Below, piece by piece: positions 25,183 to 39,094 of a stretch of DNA of 64,000 nucleotides; the first letter of the stretch is position 1; each line of letters begins with the position of its first letter. Origin of the DNA: Laetmonice hystrix (taxonomy: Eukaryota). The stretch spans positions 33,356,001-33,420,000 of the forward strand of contig OZ249438.1 in the NCBI GenBank assembly GCA_965235115.1. Reading direction: 5' to 3'. Under the pieces are notes generated by a model. That model worked only from the letters and a program-made list of their open reading frames with translations. It ran no database searches and had not been told where the DNA came from. Made by a program: the position numbers and the translations under genes.

Positions 25183-26851
25183 AGCTTCGCTAAAGTCACC
25201 TCAGTAATAAAACGTTTTCGTCTTTTGCCTCAGAAGGCTACAACATTTTCACTTTTATGGCTTCTATCGGAGACCTCAGTTTACGTGCCTAAACTCGAAA
25301 ACTAACAATTCACAGTCTGCCCCAAATACGTAGGTTGTGTTCGTCAAAGAGCCTGCACATTTCACACCCTTTTCAGGCATTGCAGACATGAGGGAGAGGG
25401 CAGAGTCCAGGGCAGAAACTTAGAACATAGCCCCAGGTGTTTCCATTCGGAAGGTCATAAATAAGAAACAGATTCTGACAATTATAATGATACGTCAGAA
25501 TCCATGTAATATTAAAGACCTACGAAGGTTTTGTTGATTATATGGGGATGACAGATGTTTTCAGATGTAAATAGTCATAGCACACTAAGGTCTACAGATC
25601 ATCTCATGAATTAGGAATTTTGACAGGGAATATAGACTGTCTCTACTCAAGAAATCCAGCTATTACATGAGGATCTTAATTGAGAGCCATGCAGATGGAG
25701 CAGTGCAACTATGGCGCGATACGTGATGCCATTTTTAGGGGTTCTATATGTTATGATATTCTGGCACATTGTGTGGTTACGGTAGCAGGGCGAAACTCCC
25801 ACGTGTCTTATTGTCATTTTCTGTGCCTGAAGCAATTTGTTGGCACCTGCAGGAAAAATACCTTTCTAAGTGCAAGTCATGTAGTAAGTGGGCCCCCACC
25901 GGAATGCTTGGGTGCAAGGACAATATTGTACTCCATGTTTATTGTTTTGTATGACGTCTGTCCAGATTAGGGTTAACGGTGGGTACAGCTCACACCCTTG
26001 TCCATGTCCTGTTGGCATTACATCTGCCACAGCACGTCGAAGTATGCCGAGTGTGCACAGCCATGTGCAAAACAGGTCAGCTATCGCAATTGCTGTCCCG
26101 CTATTGGCTGTGAAGGCGGTGCTATTATCATGATGGAGCGGCTTGGTTGGCGGCAGGCGGGCGTCCTCTCTCAGCACAGCCGGTGATGGTCGGTGGCGGT
26201 GGTGGTGGTGGTGATGGTCGGTGGTGGTGGTGTGCCAGTGGGGAGGTGCTGTTCTTGTGGACGATGCCGTGTCTCCCCGTCACAACCATAGGTCGGTTGA
26301 CGTGACAGTAGGATCCACCCGCCTGACTGCCCCGGAGGTCTGTTTTACCTCACAGCCAGTGCTTACTCTACTACCGCTATCCCTTCAAACAGCAGAGACA
26401 CACGACTCGTGAAAATACGTGGCAGCATATTCAAAACACGGGCCTGGTAGCAATAGCAAGCAAACCATCAGGAGGACTCCCAGCGGAACGGAGGACAGGA
26501 GAATTCAGTAGGCTGTGGCCAGTCCGCCCTATACAATCAGACCGTTACAACCACTGCTCCGACCCACTGTAGTTACAATGATCGTGAATAACCTCAGTCA
26601 GAGTGAGTCACCGAGAGCCGTGGATCATCTCAGGTGATCGCAGGCAGGTCGTCCTGGATCCACATCATAACGGACGTTTACCGGAGTCCTGTAATGCAGT
26701 GACCAGAACAGCACTCCGCCCCCTTGTAGTGACAGTCACCCCTCAATTAGGGGAGCCTAGCTCCACACAGGATTCTCTTACCCAATCAGGGCATATCTAG
26801 AATCAGAGGCCCTTCTTGCCGGAGGTGCCCCATGGCGAGGCCCCGGACCTC

Positions 26852-27092
26852 ATGGCCCTCCTGAAGTTTCTCTCCAACAAGTGGACATCCACCACCAAGT
26901 CGGGCCCGGGGTGCCTGACCTGGTGCTTCGGGGGCAATGACCGGAGGCCGTCGCGGGATGAGTACCTGGACCCCGGCGATGGCCCTACGAGCCCCCCGCC
27001 TCCCCTGGAGGAGGAGATACCCGTGGCCAAGGAGCCCACCGAGAGCTCCTCCCTGGCCAGCTCCATCCGCAAGGACCATGGGAAAATGAATG
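26852..27092 (+). CDS. Candidate alternative first coding exon lacking a transmembrane domain
   Basis: Abrupt GC3-rich, coding-like island. ATG in ctcATGG context with an in-frame TAG upstream at 26798. Encodes MALLKFLSNKWTSTTKSGPGCLTWCFGGNDRRPSRDEYLDPG...HGKMN(G) and ends at donor ATG|GTATGT in phase 1, matching exon 42938. Confidence 0.7.
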
Positions 27093-27444
27093 GTATGTCA
27101 GTTCCTTATACCGGAAAATCCGCATCTAACATTACTAGACTTTAACGGCCATTCACATAGTCCGTGGGATGTTTAATTTAAATGATAAAATACACCAGGG
27201 ACGATCCTTTAAATTAAAACTCTGGCTGACATCGGACCGACAGTCACCTCAGTGTGTCTGACACTCAACTGACTGTGGGTTTCTGCTCCCATCACCACCC
27301 GAGTTAGTGGTGGTTTGAGGTGCAGCTATGTGCTGGCAGGGCTGTGTTAGGATAGAGAGTCTGCACCATTGCAGTGTTTTTTTCTATCATTGATGTATAC
27401 CTGCCGTATTCCGAATGCTCACATAACAAACAGCAGGGATGTAC

Positions 27445-27830
27445 CATAGGCGCCAGAAGCGGGGGGGCACGGGGGGCGACCGCCCCCTCAATAATCTGGT
27501 TGGGGGGGCATCGCCCCCCCAATAATCTGTGATCATGAATGAAAAAAAAGGCAGGTTTTTCCACATACAGTAGGCCTGTTGAAACCATGACTTGGGTGCG
27601 TCAAAGACTGGGTCGATTGTCCTAATGATACATTGTAATTTATTCATTTACGCCTTCAAAACATAAAAAATCCTGCCTCAAAATGGCGTAGAAAAGCGTT
27701 TTAAGGTGTGTAGTTTTTAAAATTTTCTTGGGGAGGGCCTCCGATCCTGCTTTACTAAGCATGTTGTAGCCTATGACTTTCGCTTCAGCTCTCTTGCCCC
27801 CCCAATAATAATTTGCTTCCGGCGCCCCTG
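27445..27830. mobile_element. MITE-like element
   Basis: Imperfect termini CATAGGCGCCAGAAGC / GCTTCCGGCGCCCCTG with internal G/C runs; no TSD seen. Confidence 0.5.
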
Positions 27831-28371
27831 GAGGGGCTAGCTGTTTGTACAGAATCTCTGGGTCGGTCCCGTATGTCATGCCAGCATGTCCCGAGCTGAT
27901 TACAATAAGCGGCATACCGCCGTACATCCAATTGTCCAGGTTAGCACGTATGTGTGTTTGTTAATCTATATTGATTTTTGCACCGAGTCAAGCAGGCAGA
28001 ATGATGTGGACGGGCCTCGGAGAACACATCTTGGGTGTTGTATGATAAACGTGTTTCACAAGGAGTTCAGTCATTATCAAGATTGTTAGTATCTTTAAGT
28101 CCACCAGTGGGCAGAACTGTGCGGATACTGGAGGAATACCTTGAGGATGTTTATCCTCCCAAGATATTACGGTGCCTCATTCCAGGCTACGTAGGTAAGG
28201 ACCACGTTAGTGAGGTCCTGAAGGTGGTCATGCATGAACTCCAGTCCTTTGCATTATGCTCGGGAAGGAGTCGTGGTTTAAACTATCTACACTGGATTGA
28301 AACCAGTCCGGGTCATCAGTAAGGACGTAAAGGTGTAGCGCCGAGAGGACCGATGTGCCGTGGATGTAGGG

Positions 28372-30329
28372 GGAGAGCAGGCGTTCAGTAAGATCGAATA
28401 GGACAGACATTATCTGTCAGGTGGAGTGGGTATGGGAGAGCAGGCGTTCAGTAAGGTCGACCAGGACAGACTCTGTCAGGTGGAGTGGGTATGGGAGAGC
28501 AGGCGTTCAGTAAGATCGACCAGGACAGACATTATCTGTCAGGTGGAGTGGGTATGGGAGAGCAGGCGTTCAGTAAGATCGAATAGGACAGACATTATCT
28601 GTCAGGTGGAGTGGGTATGGGAGAGCAGGCGTTCAGTAAGGTCGACCAGGACAGACTCTGTCAGGTGGAGTGGGTATGGGAGAGCAGGCGTTCAGTAAGA
28701 TCGACCAGGACAGACATTATCTGTCAGGTGGAGTGGGTATGGGAGAGCAGGCGTTCAGTAAGATCGAATAGGACAGACATTATCTGTCAGGTGGAGTGGG
28801 TATGGGAGAGCAGGCGTTCAGTAAGGTCGACCAGGACAGACTCTGTCAGGTGGAGTGGGTATGGGAGAGCAGGCGTTCAGTAAGATCGACCAGGACAGAC
28901 ATTATCTGTCAGGTGGAGTGGGTATGGGGGAGCAGGCGTTCAGTAAGATCGACCAGGCCAGACATTATCTGTCAGGTGGAGTGGGTATGGGAGAGCAGGC
29001 ATTCAGTAAGATCGACCAGGCCAGACTCTGTCAGGTGGAGTGGGTATGGGAGAGCAGGCGTTCAGTAAGATCGACCAGGACAGACTCTGTCAGGTGGAGT
29101 GGGTATGGGAGAGCAGGCGTTCAGTAAGATCGACTAGGATAGACATTATCTGTCAGGTGGAGTGGGTATGGGAGAGCAGGCGTCCAGTAAGATCGACCAG
29201 GACAGACATTATCTGTCAGGTGGAGTGGGTATGGGAGAGTAGGCGTTCAGTTAGGTCGACCAGGCCAGACATTATCTGTCAGGTGGAGTGGGTATGGGAG
29301 AGCAGGCGTTCAGTAAGGTCGACCAGGACAGACTCTGTCAGGTGGAGTGGGTATGGGAGAGCAGGCGTTCAGTAAGGTCGACCAGGACAGACTCTGTCAG
29401 GTGGAGTGGGTATGGGAGAGCAGGCGTTCAGTAAGATCGACCAGGACAGACATTATCTGTCAGGTGGAGTGGGTATGGGAGAGCAGGCGTTCAGTAAGGT
29501 CGACCAGGCCAGACTCTGTCAGGTGGAGTGGGTATGGGAGAGCAGGCGTTCAGTAAGATCGACCAGGACAGACTCTGTCAGGTGGAGTGGGTATGGGAGA
29601 GCAGGCGTTCAGTAAGATCGACTAGGACAGACATTATCTGTCAGGTGGAGTGGGTATGGGAGAGCAGGCATTCAGTAAGGTCGACCAGGCCAGACACTGT
29701 CAGGTGGAGTGGGTATGAGAGAGCAGGCGTTCAGTAAGGTCAACCAGGACAGACATTATCTGTCAGGTGGAGTGGGTATGGGAGAGCAGGCGTTCAGTAA
29801 GGTCGACCAGGCCAGACTCTGTCAGGTGGAGTGGGTATGGGAGAGCAGGCGTTCAGTAAGATCGACTAGGACAGACATTATCTGTCAGGTGGAGTGGGTA
29901 TGGGAGAGCAGGCGTTCAGTAAGGTCGACCAGGACAGACTCTGTCAGGTGGAGTGGGTATGGGAGAGCAGGCGTTCAGTAAGATCGACCAGGCCAGACTC
30001 TGTCAGGTGGAGTGGGTATGGGAGAGCAGGCGTTCAGTAAGATCGACTAGGACAGACATTATCTGTCAGGTGGAGTGGGTATGGGAGAGCAGGCGTTCAG
30101 TAAGATCGACTAGGACAGACATTATCTGTCAGGTGGAGTGGGTATGGGAGAGCAGGCGTTCAGTAAGATCGACTAGGACAGACATTATCTGTCAGGTGGA
30201 GTGGGTATGGGAGAGCAGGCGTTCAGTAAGATCGACTAGGACAGACATTATCTGTCAGGTGGAGTGGGTATGGGAGAGCAGGCGTTCAGTAAGGTCGACC
30301 AGGCCAGACTCTGTCAGGTGGAGTGGGTA
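28372..30329. repeat. 59/63-bp dimorphic minisatellite, ~32 copies
   Basis: Unit gagagcaggcgttcagtaagatcgaccaggacagac(atta)tctgtcaggtggagtgggtatgg, approximately; long and short variants differ by 4 bp. Confidence 0.96.
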
Positions 30330-31385
30330 TCAATGGGGGGGGGGGGGGGGGTGCACGTATTAGTTACTAAGTTAGATAATGCAGGTCTCTGCTGGCAGTG
30401 TTCTGGTACCCTTACCACTCCCTGAAATGAAGGACGATCGTGGACTGCTCAGTTGACGGGACTACATCAGCCATGTCGATATCATGACCAGGCCTGCGGT
30501 GCGTTCTCACCATGAGCCAAGACTGTTGGCAACAACAATATTGCCAGATATCATATACAAACACTCCTTTTTATGTACAGGGTAGTCTGTTTAAGTCTGT
30601 TCCATGAAATGGTAATCGTTTCAAGCGAGGGCAAGTAAGAAATTAGAATGCCGGCGCAAGTGTATGTGGATTATCGGATGTAGGTCCGTTCATCAGGATA
30701 TCATCATCATCATGGATATCCAAGTGGTAGTATCGAACACCGAATTGATTTGTACATTATCATAGAATTTGGTATGTTGTTGAGTGTATGTTCAGTGCAG
30801 ACCGAGACACCTGATGGCAGAGGATGGTATTCTGAGTAAAGGGTCAATAGGTAATCATGGTCTGCCCGCACCTGGTGGTATACAGTTTGTCCGTGGCATC
30901 TTGCCATTGGTTTCAGTGAGCTCAGGTGTACATAGTGTGGGGGTGGATGTGTTCCTCATTACACGGCACTCATTCCATGTCGTTTTTTATTGTTGTTCTT
31001 TAATATGGACTGGCACGACCTCAGTCGTGATTTCACATTCTGTAACAGTGACACCCCAGTTTTACCAGTTCGTGCAGTATACCAGTCTGTGAAGGGATGG
31101 GCCGGCAGTAGGGGTACAGACGAGGTCACATACTGAAGTTTTAATTTTTATTGTTGACTCTGTATCCGTTTTCTTGCCATAGTGTCCATGTACTATTCTG
31201 GCTCAGTGCCTCTTTAGATGAGAGGGCCAGAGACTTTGTATCCGCGTGTCGTGTTATTTGGTGGAGATTCAGAAAGACTGGTGGCCGCTGTCCAAAATGT
31301 CAAATGTCTCACGTGCAGCCATGTCGCAGCTACCGGTGAACCAGCAGAGACAGTCTCTCTGTCAGGTGGAGTCAGGTGAAACTGT

Positions 31386-31788
31386 CGTTTTCATGATTGG
31401 GCAAACACCTCAGACTATTCGCACTGTCTGCCCCTGTGATTCTGGCTCGTTTTCATGATTGGCAGGTTGGGCAAACACCTCAGACTATTCGCACTGTCTG
31501 CCCCTGTGATTCTGGCTCGTTTTCATGATTGGCAGGTTGGGCAAACACCTCAGACTATTCGCACTGTCTGCCCCTGTGTTTCTGGCTCGTTTTCATGATT
31601 GGCAGGTTGGGCAAACACCTCAGACTATTCGCACTGTCTGCCCCTGTGTTTCTGGCTCGTTTTCATGATTGGCAGGTTGGGCAAACACCTCAGACTATTC
31701 GCACTGTCTGCCCCTGTGTTTCTGGCTCGTTTTCATGATTGGCAGGTTGGGCAAACACCTCAGACTATTCGCACTGTCCGCCCCTGTG
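31386..31788. repeat. 70-bp tandem repeat, ~5.5 copies
   Basis: Unit cgttttcatgattggcaggttgggcaaacacctcagactattcgcactgtctgcccctgtgtttctggct. Confidence 0.93.
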
Positions 31789-31874
31789 TCCTGTGTTTCT
31801 GGCTATCTCTGACGAGGAGTAGTGGCCTGCCATGAGGTGTGTCTCGTCGCCTTCATCACCAACTCGTGTCAGGC

Positions 31875-31967
31875 GCTCTCCATCCCGACGTCTGGTCGGG
31901 ATGGAGAGCCATCCCCACGTCTGGTCGGGATGGAGAGCCATCCCAACGTCTGGTCGGGATGGAGAGC
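31875..31967. repeat. 29-bp tandem repeat with an inverted 5' arm
   Basis: cgtctggtcgggatggagagc occurs three times, preceded by the reverse-complement arm gctctccatcccgac. Confidence 0.8.
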
Positions 31968-32082
31968 GTTAGAAGTGCCGGGGCCGGCGATCAAGGGTCT
32001 CATATGACGTAATCCTTCGGCAGCTTGAAATGGAGGACGTCGCGATGGTGTTGGATCCTGACAGCCTCAGGTTGGCGGCGGC

Positions 32083-32244
32083 GGCAGTGGTGGTGGGGTG
32101 GGGGACCCGCATATATCTGAACCCAAATGATGGCCACCTGATGTAGGGACCTACCCTATGGATGGCAGTGGTGGTGGGGTGGGGGACCCGCATATATCTG
32201 AACCCAAATGATGGCCACCTGATGTAGGGACCTACCCTATGGAT
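32083..32244. repeat. 81-bp tandem duplication
   Basis: ggcagtggtggtggggtgggggacccgc...cctaccctatggat occurs twice. Confidence 0.88.
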
Positions 32245-33848
32245 TGAGTGTGTAAGAATGAACTGGCCCAGGTTATATCAGGACATATAACTGTCTGTAT
32301 ACGTTCACTATAATACTGTATGTGACATTGGGATGGCGAGTATAAGGTGTCGGCATGGTGGAGAACGTGATGTTATCTGGTTACATAGAAATGGGTAGGA
32401 AAGCGTGACGGAGGGTGATCGGTTATTTAGTGAAAAAGTGAAAGCTTGGGACAAATGTTAGATTGTAAGTGAGGAGGTCGACCGGCGAGGGAGGCTCTAT
32501 CGTCAAACTGTCTCGACACCTCGGGTGTCTTCACCACCACTGGGGTAATGGAGACAGGTGAAGACGTTCAGCTTGGGAAACCATTTACATCTTATAGACC
32601 TCAGTACCAACAGAACCTGATTGGTATAGGCCTGACGTATCGAGGCTTGAATTCCGAAGGGGAGGCGCAGGACTTATTGAAAACTTACATAATGGAGGGG
32701 GGCGCAGAACGTATCGAAAACTTACATATGGAGGGGGGGGGGGGGGTTAAGCAATTCCCCGGAAATTGGAAATCTGTAGGACTACCTGGTAATTCATGTT
32801 TTGAAGAAAGTTTTTTTTTGTTAAAAATAATATTACAACTTTGAGATGGGATGCCTCAATACCCTCTGCTACACGTACATCCCCAACGTAAGGTAATCGG
32901 TCATGGTGACGGTATGTTGTCAGGCTTCCAACATACCAACCGCCTCCGTAGGCGAGAGATGTAGTAGGCCCTATACACGGTGTGGGACATCCGCCAGTAT
33001 CTGCTTGTATTGTATAAAGGGAACACTACATCCTGACATATTGTGTCTCTTAGGGTAGGGAGGGAGACAGCCGGCTTGGGTACTGAACCGAGAAAGTTAG
33101 GTACATACTTGGAATACATACTTGGTAATTAAACAGATTGTATCGTCTCAGAGCGTTTCTGTTTTCTTTTGAAAATCCAGTCGTCCCCGTTGATACAGGA
33201 TGTGGGAGTTAAATTATTATCGTGTATAGAAATAGACAGAGTGATATTCTTTTGTCGATGTTTCAAAAAGATGATGTGAAAAGTGTTTCACATATCTTTA
33301 GTCAGTGCTCTGTCGTATATTTGTTGTCAGTATTATGGCCATCATTCTAATTTCTATGGTGAAGTTTCATGTCGGCTAGCTTGACTAAAAATTGTTCCTG
33401 GTTTTTCTATAGTCGAAAGGCCAAATTGACAGAGTTTCGAGATGGTTGAGTAAATACAGGTGCTATTACCGTCTCCAGTCTCCGAGGTGTCCTTTTTAAA
33501 AATATACGCAACTGGAGCATGACTGGGAACGGTCAGAGACCTGCTTTCCTAGTCACGCACGGGTCGTGCGGTATAAACTGGGTTTCAGGATCTACACTCT
33601 AGGTTAAAGTGAAACCTGAAGTTTGGCCTCGATATAAACTACGTTCGCCTCGTGAGGTCATGGGTTGCTGATGTATGGGTTAACCACTTCAGTGACGGGG
33701 AGAAGGGTCGCCCCATCTTTGAGAAAGAAAGGAGGCAGGGTTCAAATTTCATCTGTACGCAGATAACGGATTGTCCCATTCTCTAGTCGAGAGAAAGATT
33801 TGCAATGATAAGCTATATGGAATGAGTTGGCATATTTCCCGATTTCAA

Positions 33849-34078
33849 CCTCTTCTACACGAACAAGTTTTCCTTGACGAATTTCCTTGACGACTGAGAT
33901 GTGCCCGTGTAGATTACCACCAAGTCGTCACCGCCCATGGCCAAGTTTCCTCGTTCAAACGTTAGCACAGGTTCCAGCTTTCCAACGAGTGGGAATTGAC
34001 GAGCAAAAGTTGTCACTTTTTCCTTTCTACACAGGTACTTTTTCCTCGTCAAGGAATACTTGCCCGTGTAGAAGGGGC
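33849..34078. mobile_element. MITE with ~30-bp imperfect TIRs
   Basis: cttctacacgaacaagttttccttgacga is inverted at tcgtcaaggaatacttgcccgtgtagaag. Confidence 0.6.
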
Positions 34079-35162
34079 TTTAGCCTGATGTGTGTGTGAT
34101 GTACGGAGAAAACTTGGCCCACGACTCCCACCAGGCTACAACAATAAGAACACTTCTTACATAGGCCAAAATTATAATAGGTCCTGTCAACATTCGGCCG
34201 ACCCAGCAACGACTCGTGCCGACTCTTGCCGACTCGTGCCGAGCCTATAGATAACAAACAGTGACGGACAAGTCATCTCCGACCAAAATATAAAAAAGGG
34301 GAAAAAACAACAAACAAATATAATATGCCGTTTGACATTATATTGACATAGGTCTACTTTGTGTAGGGATTCTTTTAATAGGAAGGTGGGGTGTGCAATT
34401 TAAAGTAGCGCCGTTTTTGGGTAAGGAAATAGGGATAGGACTGTTAGTTTGTCTATAGGGTATTGTGCTGATGAAAAGAACCAGCCAACCACACCGCGGC
34501 CCCTGTTGTGTACGCTATACATAGAGTGTCGTGGGTCGGGGTTGTCTGTGAATAGACCTACCATTGCACACACGGCCTGTGGCGGTCGTGGCCGCAGAAG
34601 TCGGATCCCTCCACGCTTACCCGTATAAATACACTCTTTTTTAAACTTTTGTTCAAGAGCGGACATTTTTTGAGTTGTAACGTTTGGATAGAGTCTGGGA
34701 TATGATTCCTGAAACATGTATGCCCTGAGGAGCGCCTCCCTCCAGAGTTTGCAGGCTACCTAGAACAAAGTCTGTCCTATTTTAGGCATGTTTGCTGTTT
34801 GCCTTCACCGCTTTTGGTACTGAATAAGAACTGGACTGGGTTATTGCCCTCGGAGTGCCCTCGAGACAAGAGCCACTGTACATTTCTTGGTAAACGACCG
34901 AGCGAATCGACAGATGTTTAAGGGACGGCTCTCAAAGCGCTGCAAGTGCGTGTTCCTGAGACCTGAGTTTACAAAACCACACAACACATCAGTACCAAGT
35001 GGTCGAGTGAGGTCATACTCTGTGGTGATAACGTTATGACGTTATGACCACGGCATCGGACAGCTGGCTTTACAAAATAGATGGAGTCAGGCAAATGTTC
35101 AAGTCGTATTTTACAAATACAATGTAGATACGAGGTTGCACTTAATTGCATGAAAACCGGTT

Positions 35163-35661
35163 GAATTGCACATGCAATGGTCCTCTGAGAGAGGGACTGG
35201 TGTGTGTAAATCAGCGAGAATTGCACATGCAATGGTCCTCTGAGAGAGGGACTGGTGTGTGTAAATCAGCGAGAATTGCACATGCAGTGGTCCTCTGAGA
35301 GAGGGACTGGTGTGTGTAAATCAGCGAGAATTGCACATGCAGTGGTCCTCTGAGAGAGGGACTGGTGTGTGTAAATCAGCGAGAATTGCACATGCAGCGG
35401 TCCTCTGAGAGAGGGACTGGTGTGTGTAAATCAGCGAGAATTGCACATGCAGTGGTCCTCTGAGAGAGGGACTGGTGTGTGTAAATCAGCGAGAATTGCA
35501 CATGCAGTGGGCTCTGAGAGAGGGACTGGTGTGTGTAAATCAGCGAGAATTGCACATGCAGTGGTCCTCTGAGAGAGGGACTGGTGTGTGTAAATCAGCG
35601 AGAATTGCACATGCAGTGGTCCTCTGAGAGAGGGACTGGTGTGTGTAAATCAGCGAGAATT
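35163..35661. repeat. 55-bp minisatellite, ~9 copies
   Basis: Unit gaattgcacatgcagtggtcctctgagagagggactggtgtgtgtaaatcagcga. Confidence 0.95.
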
Positions 35662-36059
35662 TACCGGGTGTTATAGAGGTGTGGAGGCGGGATATTTCGC
35701 AGGCGATCAAGCATGTCCTCGGACAGGTTTACAAACGATCAATAACTGACCGTCTTTCACCTCCTCCGGCCATCTGACCACGGCCATTTCCACGCCGGCT
35801 ATTGATCCCAGCGTGACTACTCCCGACCTTTGCTGATAGCCCTTCTTTATAACCCGCGACCTCCGCCAATATGTTCCTTGCCAGTCCTGACAGCTTCCCT
35901 TCCACAAGTCGGATGATTTCCCTGGGTAATGGAATGGTTGGGTTTCTCTATATATTGGTCAGATTGCATGGGATCAGCCACTGTTTATCAGCAATCATTC
36001 TGAAAGGGAATGTCATATTGAATGTTGACAAATTCTGCATGAAATATGAGGGGGCATGA

Positions 36060-36109
36060 ATGTAGGGGACTCGACAATGTAGGGGACTCGACAATGTAGG
36101 GGACTCGAC
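36060..36109. repeat. 17-bp tandem repeat, 3 copies
   Basis: Unit atgtaggggactcgaca. Confidence 0.85.
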
Positions 36110-37472
36110 TGTGAAAATGTAACCCACAATACTGCCCACTGATCGGTTTTTGTACTACCGATAATTTCATCGTTAACGCAGAGGATGAGGTAACTTAGAT
36201 ATCTTTTTCTGATTAAATTTAAGAGAGCTTAATGAATTACATTGCTACTAAAAGGTGTCGGATGTCTTTATTAGCTCCTGCTGCATGTCAGCCAGTATAA
36301 AAAGGTAGGTTAGAAAAACATATACGACAAACTGGACAAAGCGGAAACGCTATGACGCACAGCATTGAAATTCATCAGGTGATCAAAGGCGTGTAACTAG
36401 CAATCTCAAAAATATTGTTGTGTCTTTACAAGGCCCCTCTTCATTTTCAGTCAACAACAAAATAGAATGTGCATAGCGTTCCTGCTGCATACTGTACACG
36501 ATGCGAATCGACGGGCACTGACTGGGGACTGTCCTAGTGATATGGGGCTCGAGTAGGTCAGTAATGAGGGCTTGGAACGGAAGATGAATGGACCTTGTAC
36601 AGGGTACAGTCAGGGCAGGGTCCCTCAGGGTGATTGAGACACTCCCAACCCTACATGACTTGTGATGTGGGGGTGGAAGCCCTAGTTAAAACACGGGATC
36701 GGGGTGATTAACATTGGACCTTAGCGTGACTGATCACCATCTCGGTGACCTTTAGGTCAGGCGATCACATGACCTTGACGTAGAGAATCCAGGTCCAGCG
36801 CTTGGTGAGGGGGTCATTGGGCGACCTTGTTGTGTAGAGACTGACATTGGTCATGATAGATCAGGGGTGTGTGTAACCATGGTAATAACGTCATACCCTA
36901 TTGTGGGAATCTATGGGCGGGTAGGGATGTAAGTCGATCCCATTGTGTCCGATATCACCAGTAGATGATTGCTCAATTACGTCCGTATCGAAGGTCATCA
37001 GATTTGTAGTGTTGTAACCATAACCCGGAACTCTCCCTCAACATTCCAGCAGGTACCAATGCAGTGCTACATTTCATGAGATGGACGCTTCCTGACTGCA
37101 GTGGAAATAAATTGTAGAGGCGTAGAACCAAACTTGTATCCCGATAACTATAGGCTAGATAGTTTATGCAAGCTATATAGGCGCCATATCCCCTAATACT
37201 GATATAGACCAGAAGGTTGATCAATCGCAGAGATGTTCGGTAAGTGGGCTGAGATAAGTCCCTGTTGTGTAAATACGAAGTAGCAAAGCTCTGTCACGCG
37301 GCCGTAGTCGTACTAATGGCTAAAGTGAGAAGTTTCTAGCCCATACCACGTCAGTGAGTCAGGCGTTAAAAAGTCGGTCACATTATGAGGCTACCAGGCA
37401 CAAATTCCACATACCTGCCATACTTTACAGTGATAGACCTGTACAGAAAAGGGGAAGGAACTGCTAACCCAG

Positions 37473-37593
37473 GTGTAACGATTTCAAGTGACCCCTCATT
37501 CCAGCCCCCCCCCCCCCCGGGAACTTGAAACCCTTTTCAAGCTCGGGGGTAGGGGGGGGGACTTAAATGAGGGGGAACTTGAAATCGTTATAC
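37473..37593. mobile_element. Small palindromic MITE with poly-C/poly-G arms
   Basis: Perfect 14-bp TIR TAACGATTTCAAGT / ACTTGAAATCGTTA. Confidence 0.6.
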
Positions 37594-38311
37594 GTGAACC
37601 AAGACGTCAGACAGTCCATTCATTGTGTTCCCGGAGTCTGTACCATATTCAATTGTCACCATTCGTTCAGCACCTTGATGTCGACATATTATGTGCTCAG
37701 TATAGGAATGACTCCCTGCTATATTAGTAGCGTAGCAGATGTTGTTCTGGGGGGGGGGGGGTCAATTTCCGTAATGTGATTAATTTTACGACTTTAATTT
37801 CCATACCGTTCCCCGCGACCTATATAGGAAGTCTCTGCGGCATGGTGACCTCTATATATACCGAGACAGTTCAGAGTCATTACCGCGTGGAAGAGGATCC
37901 ACATTGCACATTGACTACAGTGATCAAATTAATTTAAAAAATCACTGGACCAATACGATTGACACCATCAGTGTGAGAATATTTTAATGTATTAACATAT
38001 GTTTCTGTATGTAAGGCTTAAAGATGTTCAGAACCGAATGACTTTTTCTTTTATTTTTTTGAATTAAAAAAGAAAATCTGTTTATTTAAGCTATTAAAGT
38101 CTGTTATAGAAAACGCCAGTATAATGTTCGTTATAGACCCCCAGAATCCTTGGAATGAGGTCAATGCGGGGATGATACTGACGTATTTCCTAGCAGACTT
38201 GTGACCCTCTCTAATCCGACAGGGGGTGTCTAAACCACCCGGATCGTGCTCCCTCTGTGACTGGCAGTGTCTCCAGGTGTGAGGGCCTCCACTGAGACAA
38301 GAACTGAGGTC

Positions 38312-38325
38312 GTTGTCATGGTAAC
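38312..38325. promoter_or_regulatory. Candidate RFX X-box
   Basis: GTTGTCATGGTAAC fits the X-box consensus GTYNYYATRGNAAC. Motif match only. Confidence 0.4.
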
Positions 38326-39094
38326 GATTGATCAACAGATGTGACACAGGTGTGACTTCAAGTGTGAATATAGTGCGCTGTGACCCTGGAGTCGCGTCCA
38401 GTGGGCCGGGTGGACCGTTTCCCGTACTGCCGGCCTAACGGCTTGTGACAGCCGGACGGTACACTGTATTATATAACAAGGGCGGATAGCATGGGCATGT
38501 ACCGTCCGTTTTAACAAAGAGTGCCGCTTCCTCAGCCAAGTAACTGTTACTAGAGTTTCGTCCATTACGGCGGCTTATGGTTCGATGGTATGATAGTATG
38601 GTGGCTTGGCGGTAGATTATGTTAGCAGGAGTCTATTATTGTCTATTCTCTCTCCTTGGATGGATGCTGGGATCTTCTCTGTAGAGTAAAACAGATCAAT
38701 ATATTGGCATGTCATATTACGGAATCATATTATCTTAGATGTTTTTCTCTCAGTTTGTTTTCTCATGACTGGCTGGTCAGATATCAAGAGATGCAGGACA
38801 TGAGTTCAGGTACATCGAGGTCTTTTTCTTGTATCGCTCGTGAGCCACAATACTGTGAGAACGAAATGCTTTGCTTTTGAAAGGTTTATAAACTTTGTTA
38901 AATTTATTAAGTTTTTTTTATAGTCCTTTAAGTTTATCGGAAGGAGAAATGGTGAAAGCAGGAGTAGGTCTATGGTGTACATCAACAGAAACCATATCTC
39001 CAATATTCATCAAATGGTAACATTCACGAGCCTTTGTCAAGTCGTCATCGATCGTGGTTCAGTTCAGGAATGTGAAGGAGTTTGTTGTAGGTTT

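Noticed and set aside
28090-28194. Symmetric phase-1 open segment ending at TAG|GTAAGG
   Set aside because: The acceptor is weak and the phase match is expected about half the time by chance. Not listed as an exon without transcript data.
23415-30329. Regularly spaced repeats resembling CRISPR arrays
   Set aside because: Units are head-to-tail with no unique spacers, there are no cas genes, and the context is a eukaryotic intron. The same applies to the other arrays.
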